From NCBI GenBank assembly GCA_046758705.1, contig JBHIAT010000023.1, positions 1 to 30,525 of the forward strand: a DNA stretch of 30,525 nucleotides, given 5' to 3'. Below are positions 7,734 to 18,908 of the stretch, in pieces. The translations under genes were made by a program, and so were the position numbers. Numbering within the stretch: position 1 is the stretch's first letter; each line of letters begins with the position of its first letter. The notes below the pieces were generated by a model, which worked only from the letters and a program-made list of their open reading frames with translations, was not told the origin of the DNA and made no database searches. This DNA is from Candidatus Bipolaricaulia bacterium. GTDB taxonomy: Bacteria > Bipolaricaulota > Bipolaricaulia > JBHIAT01.

Positions 7734-8618
7734 TTAGGCGTCTGCGGAGAGCCGGCGGCTGTGAGTGGCGATCATCTCCTGAATCGCCGCTATATGCCGC
7801 TCTGCTTCCCGCCTGCCCGCTTCGATAATCGGAGCGATCTCGCGTAACGACGACCAGCTGGCCTGTTGGACATCCGGATGCAGGATCCACAACCGCTCCC
7901 CCAAGCTCTGCTTGGCCAGCTCGGTCTTCACCCGGGTGAGCTCTCTGGAGGTGATGAGCTGGGCCTGAATGAGCACATCGAAGCTGGTCTTCACCTTCGA
8001 AGCGATCGCGGCGCTGACATCGACGGCGATCACCACGTCGGCACCTCGATCGACCGCCACGTCGATCGGGAGGTTGTTGACGCTGCCGCCGTCCACCAAG
8101 CAGTGTCCCCCACACCAGACCGGATAGAAGAACTCAGGGATGGCTGAACTGGCGGCGATCGCCCGATAGAGCTTCCCCGTCTCGATGATCACCTCCTTAC
8201 CGGTGTCGATATCGACAGCGACCACCGCGAAATCGCTCGTCAGATCCTCAAACCCCTGGTTCTTGGTGAACAGCGAGTAGAACTCGAACAGCTTGCTGAG
8301 CCTGCTGCTCCCGAAGCGGACGCTCCGCCATCGGGCCTCCTTGCGGAAATACTCCGCAGTTGTCCGGCTCAGGAGATCCTCGATCTCCCTGAAAATACTG
8401 GTCGGAATGCCGAGCAATTCGTTGAGATCGAGTGTCTTCAGGACCTTGCCCAGCATATCGAGGTCGATGCCGCAGACGAGCGCTCCGCCGATGGCCGCCC
8501 CCATGCTCGTGCCGACGACGATATCGATGGGAATCCTATGCTGCTGGAGAACCTGAGCAACGCCGATGTGGGCATACCCTCGGGCCCCGCCACCCCCTAA
8601 TACCAAACCCACGTTCAT
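7734..8618 (-). CDS. Patatin-like phospholipase
   Basis: LGGGGARG, GTSMG and DGG motifs; RBS GAGGTGG before ATG 8618. Confidence 0.92.
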   Translation of the reverse strand: MNVGLVLGGGGARGYAHIGVAQVLQQHRIPIDIVVGTSMGAAIGGALVCGIDLDMLGKVLKTLDLNELLGIPTSIFREIEDLLSRTTAEYFRKEARWRSVRFGSSRLSKLFEFYSLFTKNQGFEDLTSDFAVVAVDIDTGKEVIIETGKLYRAIAASSAIPEFFYPVWCGGHCLVDGGSVNNLPIDVAVDRGADVVIAVDVSAAIASKVKTSFDVLIQAQLITSRELTRVKTELAKQSLGERLWILHPDVQQASWSSLREIAPIIEAGRREAERHIAAIQEMIATHSRRLSADA

Positions 8619-8631
8619 AGGCCACCTCAGA

Positions 8632-8677
8632 TAAAGATAAACACAGCACACCCCACATCGTTGTGGGATGTGCTGTG
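8632..8677 (-). terminator. Intrinsic terminator after groEL
   Basis: CACAGCACACCCCACA / TGTGGGATGTGCTGTG stem followed by a T-rich tract on the minus strand. Confidence 0.75.
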
Positions 8678-8717
8678 CAGAGGTCAGGTTTGTATGCTGT
8701 GACTGACCCTGGTTACG

Positions 8718-10352
<1,635 letters not shown>

Positions 10353-10398
10353 TTATTCTTCTTGAGGGTTGAGTTGAAGTTGACCTGGCCTAACCCGC

Positions 10399-10683
10399 CT
10401 AGTCGACCACAGCGAGGATGTCGTTGTGCTTGACCAGGATCAGTTCCTCCCCGTCGACCTCGATCTCGGTCCCGGAATACCCGGAGAGGATAACGATGTC
10501 GCCCTCCTTCACCTCGATCGTCTTGCCGGTTCCTACGGCCAGCACCTCCGCCTGACGGTAGTCCTTATCCCCGACACCCTCGGGAAGGACAATACCCCCT
10601 TCGGCTTCGGTCGCCAACTCAACCTGCTTGACCAACACCCGATCTCCTAACGGTTTGACCGTGGTCTTCGTCTTCTGGGCCAT
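10399..10683 (-). CDS. groS: Co-chaperonin GroES
   Basis: KPLGDRVLV, GGIVLP and DILAVV motifs. Confidence 0.98.
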   Translation of the reverse strand: MAQKTKTTVKPLGDRVLVKQVELATEAEGGIVLPEGVGDKDYRQAEVLAVGTGKTIEVKEGDIVILSGYSGTEIEVDGEELILVKHNDILAVVD

Positions 10684-10748
10684 CGTGCCCTCCTTTGCTT
10701 TGTTTCTTTCTTTTTTTGATTACAACTCTGGATCCGCTCTTGGGGTTC

Positions 10749-10775
10749 TTAGCACTCTAAGAGCTTGACTGCTAA
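10749..10775. promoter_or_regulatory. CIRCE element (HrcA operator)
   Basis: TTAGCACTC-N9-GACTGCTAA upstream of groES. Confidence 0.93.
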
Positions 10776-10781
10776 ATATGT

Positions 10782-10810
10782 ATTTTATCGTATTGGCTCC
10801 CGATAGTCAA
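10782..10810 (-). promoter_or_regulatory. groESL sigma70 promoter
   Basis: TTGACT-N17-TAAAAT immediately upstream of CIRCE. Confidence 0.75.
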
Positions 10811-10880
10811 GTCTCGATTTTAGGCCCCCTGATCTCACCCGTTGACTTCGAGCCGGTGATGCGCTAAAGTGGAGCCGAAT

Positions 10881-11408
10881 ATGCCCTCAGGCAAGCAACA
10901 TCTGCACACCGAGCTGATTCTGCTTCCGGTGGTGATTGCCGGCCTCTATCTGCTTGGAGAGCGGTTCCCATCGGTCATGCTCAGATCCACCGACCTGCTG
11001 TTCGTCGCCGGGGCGTATCTGCTTTCCAGCCTGTTGTTGAGCCCGGATCTCGATCTGCGGTATAATCTGGCGAGGCGCCGCTGGGGGCTCCTTGGAGTCA
11101 TCTGGATCCCCTATATCAAGCTATTCAAACACCGTCACCTGAGCCATCATCTGTTCTTCGGTCCCCTCTCCCGGATCGTCTATCTGCTGCTCGTCGCCGG
11201 GCTGGTCCTCTTCGGGCTATATCGGGGCCACGTCATCGAACGGCCCGACGGCATCCAGTTCATCGATTACCTTGCCATCCACCGAAGATCTCTCCTGTGG
11301 ATCGTCCTCGGTCTTTACCTTCCTAACGCCCTCCACATCCTGTATGATCGCATCCATTCATGGTTGTCGTGGTTGCCGCGTAGGGTTCGACGACACCGTC
11401 ACCAGTAG
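10881..11408 (+). CDS. DUF2227-like putative metal-binding membrane protein
   Basis: MPSGKQH, SPDLD, RWG...IWIPY..F.HR..SH and H..YD motifs. Confidence 0.8.
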   Translation: MPSGKQHLHTELILLPVVIAGLYLLGERFPSVMLRSTDLLFVAGAYLLSSLLLSPDLDLRYNLARRRWGLLGVIWIPYIKLFKHRHLSHHLFFGPLSRIVYLLLVAGLVLFGLYRGHVIERPDGIQFIDYLAIHRRSLLWIVLGLYLPNALHILYDRIHSWLSWLPRRVRRHRHQ

Positions 11409-11465
11409 GTGCCGCGGTTGCTACACGGACATGATCCGAATTATAGTCATTATACTGGTAATACA

Positions 11466-12128
11466 ATGATCTGGCATTCTGCTCATTCGATCCATCTGAT
11501 GCTCCTGGGCCTGTGCTTGGGGGTGCTGACGGGTTGCACCACCGCGACCGACGAGTTGCGTTACCGCCCGGTGGAACCTGGCTTTGAGCGCAGTTTCTAT
11601 CAGGTCGGAGTCGCTTCCTGGTACGGAGAGGCATTCCACGGACGGCCGACCGCTTCCGGGGAGCCGTTCAACATGTTCGCGATGACCGCGGCTCACAAGG
11701 CCCTGCCGCTGGGAACGATCATCGCGGTGACCGATCTGAAGACCGGCATGCGAGTTCAGGTCCGGGTGAACGACCGCGGCCCGTTCCATCGGGATCGGAT
11801 CCTTGATCTGAGCTACGCGGCCGCCAAGACGCTCGGGCTCCTGGAGTCGGGGGTGAGCACCGTCGGGATCCGGGTGGTTGACATGCCCCGACTTCCCCAC
11901 TACTATACGTTGCGGATAGGGATTTACGAACATCTGTATCGCGCGAAACAACAGGTGGACGTGTTGCGACAGGCAGGTTATCACGCTGAGATCTTCGCGG
12001 CCGGCCTCGGGGCCGAGGAACGCTATGCGGTCACCCTCGGCTACTACCTTAGCCGGGCGGCGGCGGAGAGGATGCGCCGGTTCCTTGCCGAAGGGGGGAT
12101 CGTCGGCGCCGAGATCGTGAGCCGATGA
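11466..12128 (+). CDS. rlpA: RlpA lytic transglycosylase lipoprotein with C-terminal SPOR-like domain (start uncertain)
   Basis: Lipobox LTGC; GVASWYG, TASGE, TAAHKALP, VNDRGPF, ILDLS. Confidence 0.9.
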   Translation: MIWHSAHSIHLMLLGLCLGVLTGCTTATDELRYRPVEPGFERSFYQVGVASWYGEAFHGRPTASGEPFNMFAMTAAHKALPLGTIIAVTDLKTGMRVQVRVNDRGPFHRDRILDLSYAAAKTLGLLESGVSTVGIRVVDMPRLPHYYTLRIGIYEHLYRAKQQVDVLRQAGYHAEIFAAGLGAEERYAVTLGYYLSRAAAERMRRFLAEGGIVGAEIVSR

Positions 12129-12168
12129 ACCCGATCGAAACGATAGATCGTCCAGAGTCTGACTCCTG

Positions 12169-14805
12169 ATGATTAAATTTCAAACCGAACCCCACAGCGA
12201 TAAAGAGATCTTTGCGGTGCTGCATCCACTGGTCGCCGCGTGGTTCAGACGTCAGTTTGCAACGTTCAGTCCTCCACAACGGTATGCAGTGCTGAACATC
12301 CATCGCGGCGAGAACTGCCTCATTTCAGCACCCACTGGATCAGGCAAGACGTTCTCCTTTGCCCTGGCGATCCTCAGTGAGTTGCTGACCCTGGCCGATC
12401 GCGGCGCCCTCGAGGATCGCATCTACTGCGTCTACATCTCCCCGCTAAAGGCGTTGGGGAACGATATCGAACGCAATCTCTATGATCCACTGGGTGAGAT
12501 CCGATCGCTGGCCCAGGAGGAACAGAAGGACGTCGAGATCCGGGTGGCGGTCCGAACCGGGGATACTCCCGCTCACCGCCGCCAGCAGATGTTGACGCGA
12601 CCTCCGCATATCCTGATCACCACGCCCGAATCGCTCGCGATCGCCCTGGCGTCCAAGCGGTTCTCCGAGCAGTTCAACGATCTGAACTGGGTCGTCATCG
12701 ATGAGATCCACGCGCTTGCCGCCTCAAAGCGCGGTGCCCATCTGTCTTTATCGCTGGAGCGCCTCCAAGAGATGACCGACTTCATCCGGATCGGGCTGTC
12801 GGCGACGATCAGCCCGCTGGAGGAGGTCGCCCGGTTCCTGGTAGGTCGCAAGTACGGCCGGATCCTCGCAGGGGCCGCCGACGATGAGGATCTGTACCGA
12901 GACTGCAGGGTCGTCGACGTACGGTTCATCAAGGACCTTGACCTTAAGGTCCTGAGCCCGGTCGCCGACTTCATCCGTGTCTCGGCCGAGGAGAAGCGCG
13001 CCCGGATGTATGCGCTCCTCGATCGATTGATCCAGCAGCATCGGACGACCCTGATCTTCACCAACACCCGGGCAGGGACGGAGAGCATCGTCCACAACCT
13101 GAAGATTCGGTTCCCGGACCGTTACACCAACGAGACCATCGCCGCCCACCACGGATCACTCTCCCGACGTCACCGGCTCGACGTCGAACGCCGGCTCAAG
13201 GAGGGGGAACTCCAGGTCGTGGCCTGTTCCACCAGTTTGGAACTCGGGATCGACATCGGCTACATCGACTTGGTGGTCCTGCTTGGATCGCCGAAGAGCG
13301 TCGCTCGAGCGCTGCAGCGGGTCGGCCGCTCAGGGCACAAGCTTCACGATCGGATCACGGGCCGGATTATGGTCATGGATCAGGATGACCTCGTCGAGTG
13401 CGCCGTGCTGCTCAAAAGTGCCCTTGAGGATCGCATCGACCGCATCCAGATCCCCAGGAACGCCCTCGATGTCTTGGCCCAACAGATCTTCGGAACGCTG
13501 ATCGGCGGGAAGGTCCACGTCGATGACCTGTGGGAGCTTGTCACACGAAGCCACAACTACGAAGACCTGTCCGAGGCGGACTTTGAGGCGGTGCTCGACT
13601 ATCTGGCCGGAGAGTACACCTCCTTAGAGGACCGAAACGTCTATGCCAAGATCTGGTACGATCGGGAGCGGGGGATGCTCGGCAAGCGGGGGAGGTTGGC
13701 CCGGGTCATCTACATGACCAACGTAGGCACGATCCCCGATGAGTCTTACGTGACGGTCAAACGAGGCCGGGAGACGATCGGGCGGATCGAGGAGTCGTTC
13801 CTGGCGATGCTGCGTAAAAACGACGTCTTCGTCCTGGGAGGGAATACCTATCGGTTCCGCTACGCGCGGGGGATGACCGCTCAAGTCGAATCGGCCATTG
13901 GTCACTCCCCGACGGTTCCGTCATGGTTCTCGGAGATGCTGCCGCTCAGCTTCGAGCTCGCTCTCAATATCCAGCAGTTCCGCCAGGAGATGGCCAGGAG
14001 GTTCGAAGCCGGTCGCACTCAGCAGGAGATCGAGGCATTCATCGAGCGCTCCCTGTTCGTCGACCAGCGCAGCACCCATTCGCTCTATCGCTACTTTGCC
14101 GAGCAGTTCCGCCACGCCCCTATTCCTCACCGGGAGAAGATCCTGGTGGAGTCCTGCCGGGAGGGAGACAAGAGATGGGTGGTGTTTCACGCCCTGTTCG
14201 GCAGACGGACCAACGACGCCCTGAGTCGAGCGATTGCCTGGCTTATCGCCCGGCGGGAGAACAAGGATGTGAAGATCAGCATCACCGATCACGGTTTTTA
14301 CCTCGCTTATCAGGGGACCGTGCGGGTGATGGATGCGTTCAACGAACTCTGCCATCGTCGGTTGCGTCAGGTTCTGGAGGACGCACTCGAGGAGACCGAG
14401 CTGTTGAAACGGCGGTTCCGCCACTGTGCGACCCGGGGGCTGATGATCTTACGCCACTACCAAGGTCAAAGACGATCGGTCGGTCGCCAACAGTTCAAGT
14501 CGACCCTGTTGAAGCGGGCCGTCGAGGATCTGGATGACTACTTTCCGATCCTGAAGGAGGCATATCGGGAGGTTCTGGAGGATGCGATGGACGTGGCCGC
14601 GGCCGAACGTGTCCTCGATGAGATCCGGGCGGGACGGATCGAGATCGAGGGGATGGAGACCGACCGGGTCAGCCCGTTCGCCTTCCACATCATGATGCAG
14701 GGTCGCGCCGACATCATCAAGGCCGAGGATCGTCAGCGGTTCCTGCAGCGGATGTATGCACAGTTGGTCGCCGATCGAAGATCGCCGGCCGCGAAGGTGT
14801 CATAG
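12169..14805 (+). CDS. lhr: Lhr-core ATP-dependent SF2 helicase
   Basis: APTGSGKT, DEIH, SAT, HHGSLS, SLELGID and QRVGRSGH motifs; 878 aa. Confidence 0.92.
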   Translation: MIKFQTEPHSDKEIFAVLHPLVAAWFRRQFATFSPPQRYAVLNIHRGENCLISAPTGSGKTFSFALAILSELLTLADRGALEDRIYCVYISPLKALGNDIERNLYDPLGEIRSLAQEEQKDVEIRVAVRTGDTPAHRRQQMLTRPPHILITTPESLAIALASKRFSEQFNDLNWVVIDEIHALAASKRGAHLSLSLERLQEMTDFIRIGLSATISPLEEVARFLVGRKYGRILAGAADDEDLYRDCRVVDVRFIKDLDLKVLSPVADFIRVSAEEKRARMYALLDRLIQQHRTTLIFTNTRAGTESIVHNLKIRFPDRYTNETIAAHHGSLSRRHRLDVERRLKEGELQVVACSTSLELGIDIGYIDLVVLLGSPKSVARALQRVGRSGHKLHDRITGRIMVMDQDDLVECAVLLKSALEDRIDRIQIPRNALDVLAQQIFGTLIGGKVHVDDLWELVTRSHNYEDLSEADFEAVLDYLAGEYTSLEDRNVYAKIWYDRERGMLGKRGRLARVIYMTNVGTIPDESYVTVKRGRETIGRIEESFLAMLRKNDVFVLGGNTYRFRYARGMTAQVESAIGHSPTVPSWFSEMLPLSFELALNIQQFRQEMARRFEAGRTQQEIEAFIERSLFVDQRSTHSLYRYFAEQFRHAPIPHREKILVESCREGDKRWVVFHALFGRRTNDALSRAIAWLIARRENKDVKISITDHGFYLAYQGTVRVMDAFNELCHRRLRQVLEDALEETELLKRRFRHCATRGLMILRHYQGQRRSVGRQQFKSTLLKRAVEDLDDYFPILKEAYREVLEDAMDVAAAERVLDEIRAGRIEIEGMETDRVSPFAFHIMMQGRADIIKAEDRQRFLQRMYAQLVADRRSPAAKVS

Positions 14806-14883
14806 CCAGCGGTGCGCCCGAGAGGTTGCCAAACTCCGTTTGTTTTTTACGGCTTAGATCGTATATGATATGAAAGATGTGAA

Positions 14884-15792
14884 ATGTCCGATGACAAGAA
14901 GATGACCCTGGTCGAACACCTGGATGAGTTGCGCGGCCGCATCATCTACTCGGTGGCCTCGGTCATCGTCGTCGCCCTGGTCGCCTACTTCTTCCGGCAG
15001 GAACTTTTGGAGATCCTGGCCCGACCGCTGCAGATAGGGACCGGGTTCTCCACCTCGGATATCCCTGCGATCCTCCAAGCATTGGAAGATTTCTTCAGAG
15101 AGAGCGGCCAGTTCACCGAAGATCAGATTACCGCTCTGGTGGCCACGTTTCGCCGGCTCCTGTTCCAGTCCATCGGGTTGATCTTCATCCATCCGACGGA
15201 GGCGTTCTTCACCTTTATCAAACTTTCATTGTTCACCGGCCTAGTGTTCTCGATGCCATTCATCATCTACCAGATCTGGGAGTTCGTCGTCCCGGCGCTC
15301 TTCGATCAAGAACGCCGATTTCTGTTCGGCACGTTCTTCTTCGGGACGCTGTTGTTCTTTGCCGGGACGGCGTTTGCTTTCTTAATCGTACTGCCGATCG
15401 CGATCAGCTTCCTGATCCGGATCAGCGGACCACAACTCTCTGCAGTCTTCACCGTCGGCAACTACGTCTCGTTCACGATGCTGTTCATCCTCGTCTTCGG
15501 GATCCTGTTCGAGTTGCCGGTGGTCATCTTCATGTTGGTGCGGGTCGGGATCACGTCGCGGGCGTTTTTGATCAGGCAACGGAAGTACATGGTCCTGATC
15601 GCGTTCATCGTCGGGGCGGCCTTGACACCGCCCGATGTGATCACTCAAGCGTTCTTAGCGATTCCGCTCATTTTGCTATTCGAGGTGAGCCTGATCGTGG
15701 CCCGGTTCGCCGAGCGCCGGAGACGACGGGAGGCGGAAGAGATAGCGGGTGAAGCAGAGACGGTGGCCGACGAGGCCAGAGGCGGGTCATAA
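14884..15792 (+). CDS. tatC: Twin-arginine translocase subunit TatC
   Basis: MTLVEHLDELR, YQIWEFVVPAL, FELPV and LTPPD motifs. Confidence 0.95.
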   Translation: MSDDKKMTLVEHLDELRGRIIYSVASVIVVALVAYFFRQELLEILARPLQIGTGFSTSDIPAILQALEDFFRESGQFTEDQITALVATFRRLLFQSIGLIFIHPTEAFFTFIKLSLFTGLVFSMPFIIYQIWEFVVPALFDQERRFLFGTFFFGTLLFFAGTAFAFLIVLPIAISFLIRISGPQLSAVFTVGNYVSFTMLFILVFGILFELPVVIFMLVRVGITSRAFLIRQRKYMVLIAFIVGAALTPPDVITQAFLAIPLILLFEVSLIVARFAERRRRREAEEIAGEAETVADEARGGS

Positions 15793-15798
15793 TCAGCC

Positions 15799-16368
15799 AT
15801 GGGCGTACCGGTCAGCGACCTGAGGAAAGGGATGTCGATCGAATACAACGGGGCAGTCTACGAGATTGTGGCGTATGAGCATTCGAAGCGTGGACGCGGC
15901 GGGGCGCTCGCACGCACGAAGCTCAAGCACCTCGGGACCGGCCGGGTGATCTCGGAAACCTTCAAGGGAACCGCGAACGTGACGCCCATCTACCTGGAGG
16001 ACCGGGGGTTGAAGTTCCTGTATCATACCGGGACCGGGGACGAATATTGGTTCATGGACACGGAGAGCTTCGAGCAACTTCGACTCACTCGGGATCAAAT
16101 CGGCGACCTGATCAACTACCTGGTGGAGAATCTGGAGCTGACCGGCCGGTTCCATCAAGAGACGTTGATCCAGGTGAAATCGCCCACGTTCGTGGATCTG
16201 GAGGTGGCGGAAACCCGGCCAAGTGTGAAGGGGGATACCGTCTCGGGAGGGAACAAGCCCGCCCGATTGACCACCGGGCTGGTGGTGAAGGTTCCGTTGT
16301 TCATCGCTGAGGGTGATCGGATCCGGGTAGACACCCGGACGGGTACGTATGTGGAACGGGTAAGGTGA
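15799..16368 (+). CDS. efp: Elongation factor P
   Basis: KRGRGGA loop, KGDT, VPLFI and VDTRTGTYVER motifs. Confidence 0.96.
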   Translation: MGVPVSDLRKGMSIEYNGAVYEIVAYEHSKRGRGGALARTKLKHLGTGRVISETFKGTANVTPIYLEDRGLKFLYHTGTGDEYWFMDTESFEQLRLTRDQIGDLINYLVENLELTGRFHQETLIQVKSPTFVDLEVAETRPSVKGDTVSGGNKPARLTTGLVVKVPLFIAEGDRIRVDTRTGTYVERVR

Positions 16369-16408
16369 TCGGCAGCGCCCGGACGCTTAGCCGTGGGAAG
16401 GTGACCGT

Positions 16409-16858
16409 ATGAAACAGCGAAACGAGCTGGAGGAAGAGCAGGAAGGGCATATCGTCAGCGGTGAGGGCCGCATCAACATATCGGAGGAGGTCGTTGCGGC
16501 GATCGCCGGTCTGGCCGCCTCCGAGGTCGAAGGGTTGGGAGCAATGCGCGGTAACGTTGCCGATGGGCTCTCAGCCATATTCGGGGGGGAGAGTCTGAAG
16601 CGGGGGGTGACCACCGAGGTCGACGCGGGGAACGTGCGCATCACCCTCAAAGTGGCGGTCAAGTACGGCTATCCCGTCCATGAAGTGGCGCGGAAGATTC
16701 AGCAGAACGTTAAACAGGAGGTCGAGGATATGACCGGCCTTCAGGTCAGTGCTGTGGATATCTACGTTCAAAAGCTCCAGCTCCCTGAGGAGGAGACGGT
16801 GCTAGACGAGGAGGAGCCAGAACCGGAGGAGGAGATCGAGGAATGGACCGAGGGATAA
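16409..16858 (+). CDS. Asp23/Gls24 family envelope stress protein
   Basis: ISEEVVAAIAG.AA.EVEG...YG..V..VA..IQ..V...VE.MTGL.V..VDIYV pattern. Confidence 0.92.
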   Translation: MKQRNELEEEQEGHIVSGEGRINISEEVVAAIAGLAASEVEGLGAMRGNVADGLSAIFGGESLKRGVTTEVDAGNVRITLKVAVKYGYPVHEVARKIQQNVKQEVEDMTGLQVSAVDIYVQKLQLPEEETVLDEEEPEPEEEIEEWTEG

Positions 16859-17487
16859 AAAGCTACCTTTCCGAATTCGCCTATCTGATCGCTGCCCTCT
16901 TCTTGCTGTTTAACACCGGGTGGATGATTGCTCTGAAGTTTGACTGGTTCGACTTTACCACGGAGACGCTGGCTACCTTCCTCACCGGGACGGGTGGCGG
17001 GATCACCCTGTATTTGTTTGCCTCGATCTCGGCTCTGATCGGCCTCTATTCCATCCTGATGATCGTCGTGCTCCATCAACAGAGACGAAGATTCACCGAG
17101 AGTGGGCCGGTAGGGCTGATCCAGATCGCTCCGTCCGCGATTCAGCGGTTCGCCCAGGAGACGCTGCTCCAGGAGATGACGCTGTCAAACTTCGTCGTGC
17201 GCGTACGACGCGGAAGTTCCGGGGTCCAGCTGATCGTGAACGCCTCCCTGTCCTCCAATCAAGAGGCAATCAGCACCAGCGCACGCATCCAAAAGATCCT
17301 GAAGGCACGAGTAGAGGGACTGATGGGCGTGAGTGTAGATGGGGTCGATGTGATCATCCGCCGAATTGAAAAACAGCCACAACCGGCAGTGCTCCGGAAT
17401 CGGGACAAAGCGATAGAGACTGAGAAGCCGGAGGTGCTCCGCGGGATGATAGAGGCAGAGGAGGAGGCGCGTCAAGGAGGCTCCTGA
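16843..17487 (+). CDS. AmaP-like Asp23 membrane anchor
   Basis: Two N-terminal TMs plus an Asp23-like C-terminal domain; typical efp-asp23-amaP-DUF2273-nusB order. Confidence 0.7.
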   Translation: MDRGIKSYLSEFAYLIAALFLLFNTGWMIALKFDWFDFTTETLATFLTGTGGGITLYLFASISALIGLYSILMIVVLHQQRRRFTESGPVGLIQIAPSAIQRFAQETLLQEMTLSNFVVRVRRGSSGVQLIVNASLSSNQEAISTSARIQKILKARVEGLMGVSVDGVDVIIRRIEKQPQPAVLRNRDKAIETEKPEVLRGMIEAEEEARQGGS

Positions 17488-17687
17488 TGAATCGGATCAA
17501 CGTCACCCCACGGTTTTTGGGGGTGGCATTCGGGGTGGTCATCGGGGTGCTGTTCATCGTTCTCGGCTTCTGGAAGACGGTGTTGATCGCCCTACTCGCC
17601 ATCCTGGGTTATTATATCGGCAAGTACTGGGAATCGGAGACCGAGATGAGAGAGCGGCTTAAAAAGCTCCTGTCATTCTTCCGATGA
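17487..17687 (+). CDS. DUF2273 small membrane protein
   Basis: GFWKTVLI....LGYYIGK motif; gene context. Confidence 0.8.
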   Translation: MNRINVTPRFLGVAFGVVIGVLFIVLGFWKTVLIALLAILGYYIGKYWESETEMRERLKKLLSFFR

Positions 17688-18106
17688 AGCGGCGCACGGC
17701 GCGGGAGAGCGCGCTGAAGATCCTTTTCCAGAAGGAGTTTTGTGACGTCGACCTCAATGAGGTTCGCGGGTTGGAGGACCAAGCGGAGTACGTGCGCAAT
17801 GTCATCACCGCAATCGATGAACATCGAATCTTTATCGATAAACTTATCTCCCAGACGTCGATCAACTGGCGGCTGGACAGGATGGCGATCGTCGACCGTA
17901 ACATCCTGCGCCTCGGCGTCTGTGAGATCCTGTTCATCGAGGGTGTGCCAATCGAGGTGGCCATCAACGAAGCCGTCAACTTGGCGAAGAAGTACAGCAC
18001 TGACGAAGCTGCTAAGTTCGTCAACGGCATCCTCGACCGGATCTGGCGTGAGCATGCACCCGCCGAGAAGCAAAGGGAACTCCACGAGCATGAGCATCGT
18101 CATTGA
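17684..18106 (+). CDS. nusB: Transcription antitermination factor NusB
   Basis: RRTARE, DRNILR, INEAV.LAKKY and FVNGILD motifs. Confidence 0.96.
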   Translation: MKRRTARESALKILFQKEFCDVDLNEVRGLEDQAEYVRNVITAIDEHRIFIDKLISQTSINWRLDRMAIVDRNILRLGVCEILFIEGVPIEVAINEAVNLAKKYSTDEAAKFVNGILDRIWREHAPAEKQRELHEHEHRH

Positions 18107-18893
18107 TGGGACCGTGCCCGGTTATCATCTACGCTCACGCCATCAGACCTTGAGTTCCATCCTTCAGATCGGATCCGTCATGCTATGCGTCGGTCTCATT
18201 CTGTTCCTGGGCGCTCATCCGGCAGCCGGCGGTGTGTCCCCCGATGAAGAGCTGGTCAACCAGCTCAAAAACAGGTTAAACCTGGGGGTGGCCGAAGAGG
18301 AGGGTGCCTTGCTCCGGTTTATCCAACTGGGCAATCTCGACATCCTCATCGAGGGCCGTCAGGCGCTGTTAGGGGTTCCAGCGCCGCTGCTGATCGAGAG
18401 GCTCTGGATCTACATCGAGGATGTGGAGTTAAACCGCCGAGGCCGAATCATCGGGGCGCACCGGGGAGAAGCTTATCTGCAGATCCGCACCGAGGATCTG
18501 AGCACCTTTCTGCTCAACGCGAATGAGACCCTGGATCCCAAGGTCAGAGATGCCAAGGTCACCTTTGAGGGCAACAGCATCATTCTCCAAGGGTCCTATC
18601 CGCTGATCCGGGTGCCGGTCTCCTTCTGGCTGCGCGGCCATTTCGCCCTGAACGGAACGACCAAGGTCGACTTCAAGGGCGAACGGCTGCGGGTGGGATT
18701 TCTGCCGATCAGTCTCTTATTGGGGCGCCTGGAGCGGGATATGAATCCGATCCTCGATTTTTCGGATTTCTTCTTTCCGATCATGTTGGCCCCGATCGAG
18801 ATGAACGAGGAGGTTCTGATCCTGAGAACGCCAGGGATAGAAGAGATGATCGACCTCGATGAGCCGGAGCACGAACATGAGGAACAGGAATGA
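18090..18893 (+). CDS. DUF2993/LmeA-like exported protein (start uncertain)
   Basis: Hydrophobic signal followed by a beta-rich domain ending NPILDF; overlaps the nusB stop. Confidence 0.55.
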   Translation: MSIVIDGTVPGYHLRSRHQTLSSILQIGSVMLCVGLILFLGAHPAAGGVSPDEELVNQLKNRLNLGVAEEEGALLRFIQLGNLDILIEGRQALLGVPAPLLIERLWIYIEDVELNRRGRIIGAHRGEAYLQIRTEDLSTFLLNANETLDPKVRDAKVTFEGNSIILQGSYPLIRVPVSFWLRGHFALNGTTKVDFKGERLRVGFLPISLLLGRLERDMNPILDFSDFFFPIMLAPIEMNEEVLILRTPGIEEMIDLDEPEHEHEEQE

Positions 18894-18908
18894 TCGGAGT
18901 CGGAGGCG

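Noticed and set aside
17742-18089. 383-aa version of the DUF2993-like ORF
   Set aside because: The N-terminal extension is an alternate frame of nusB.
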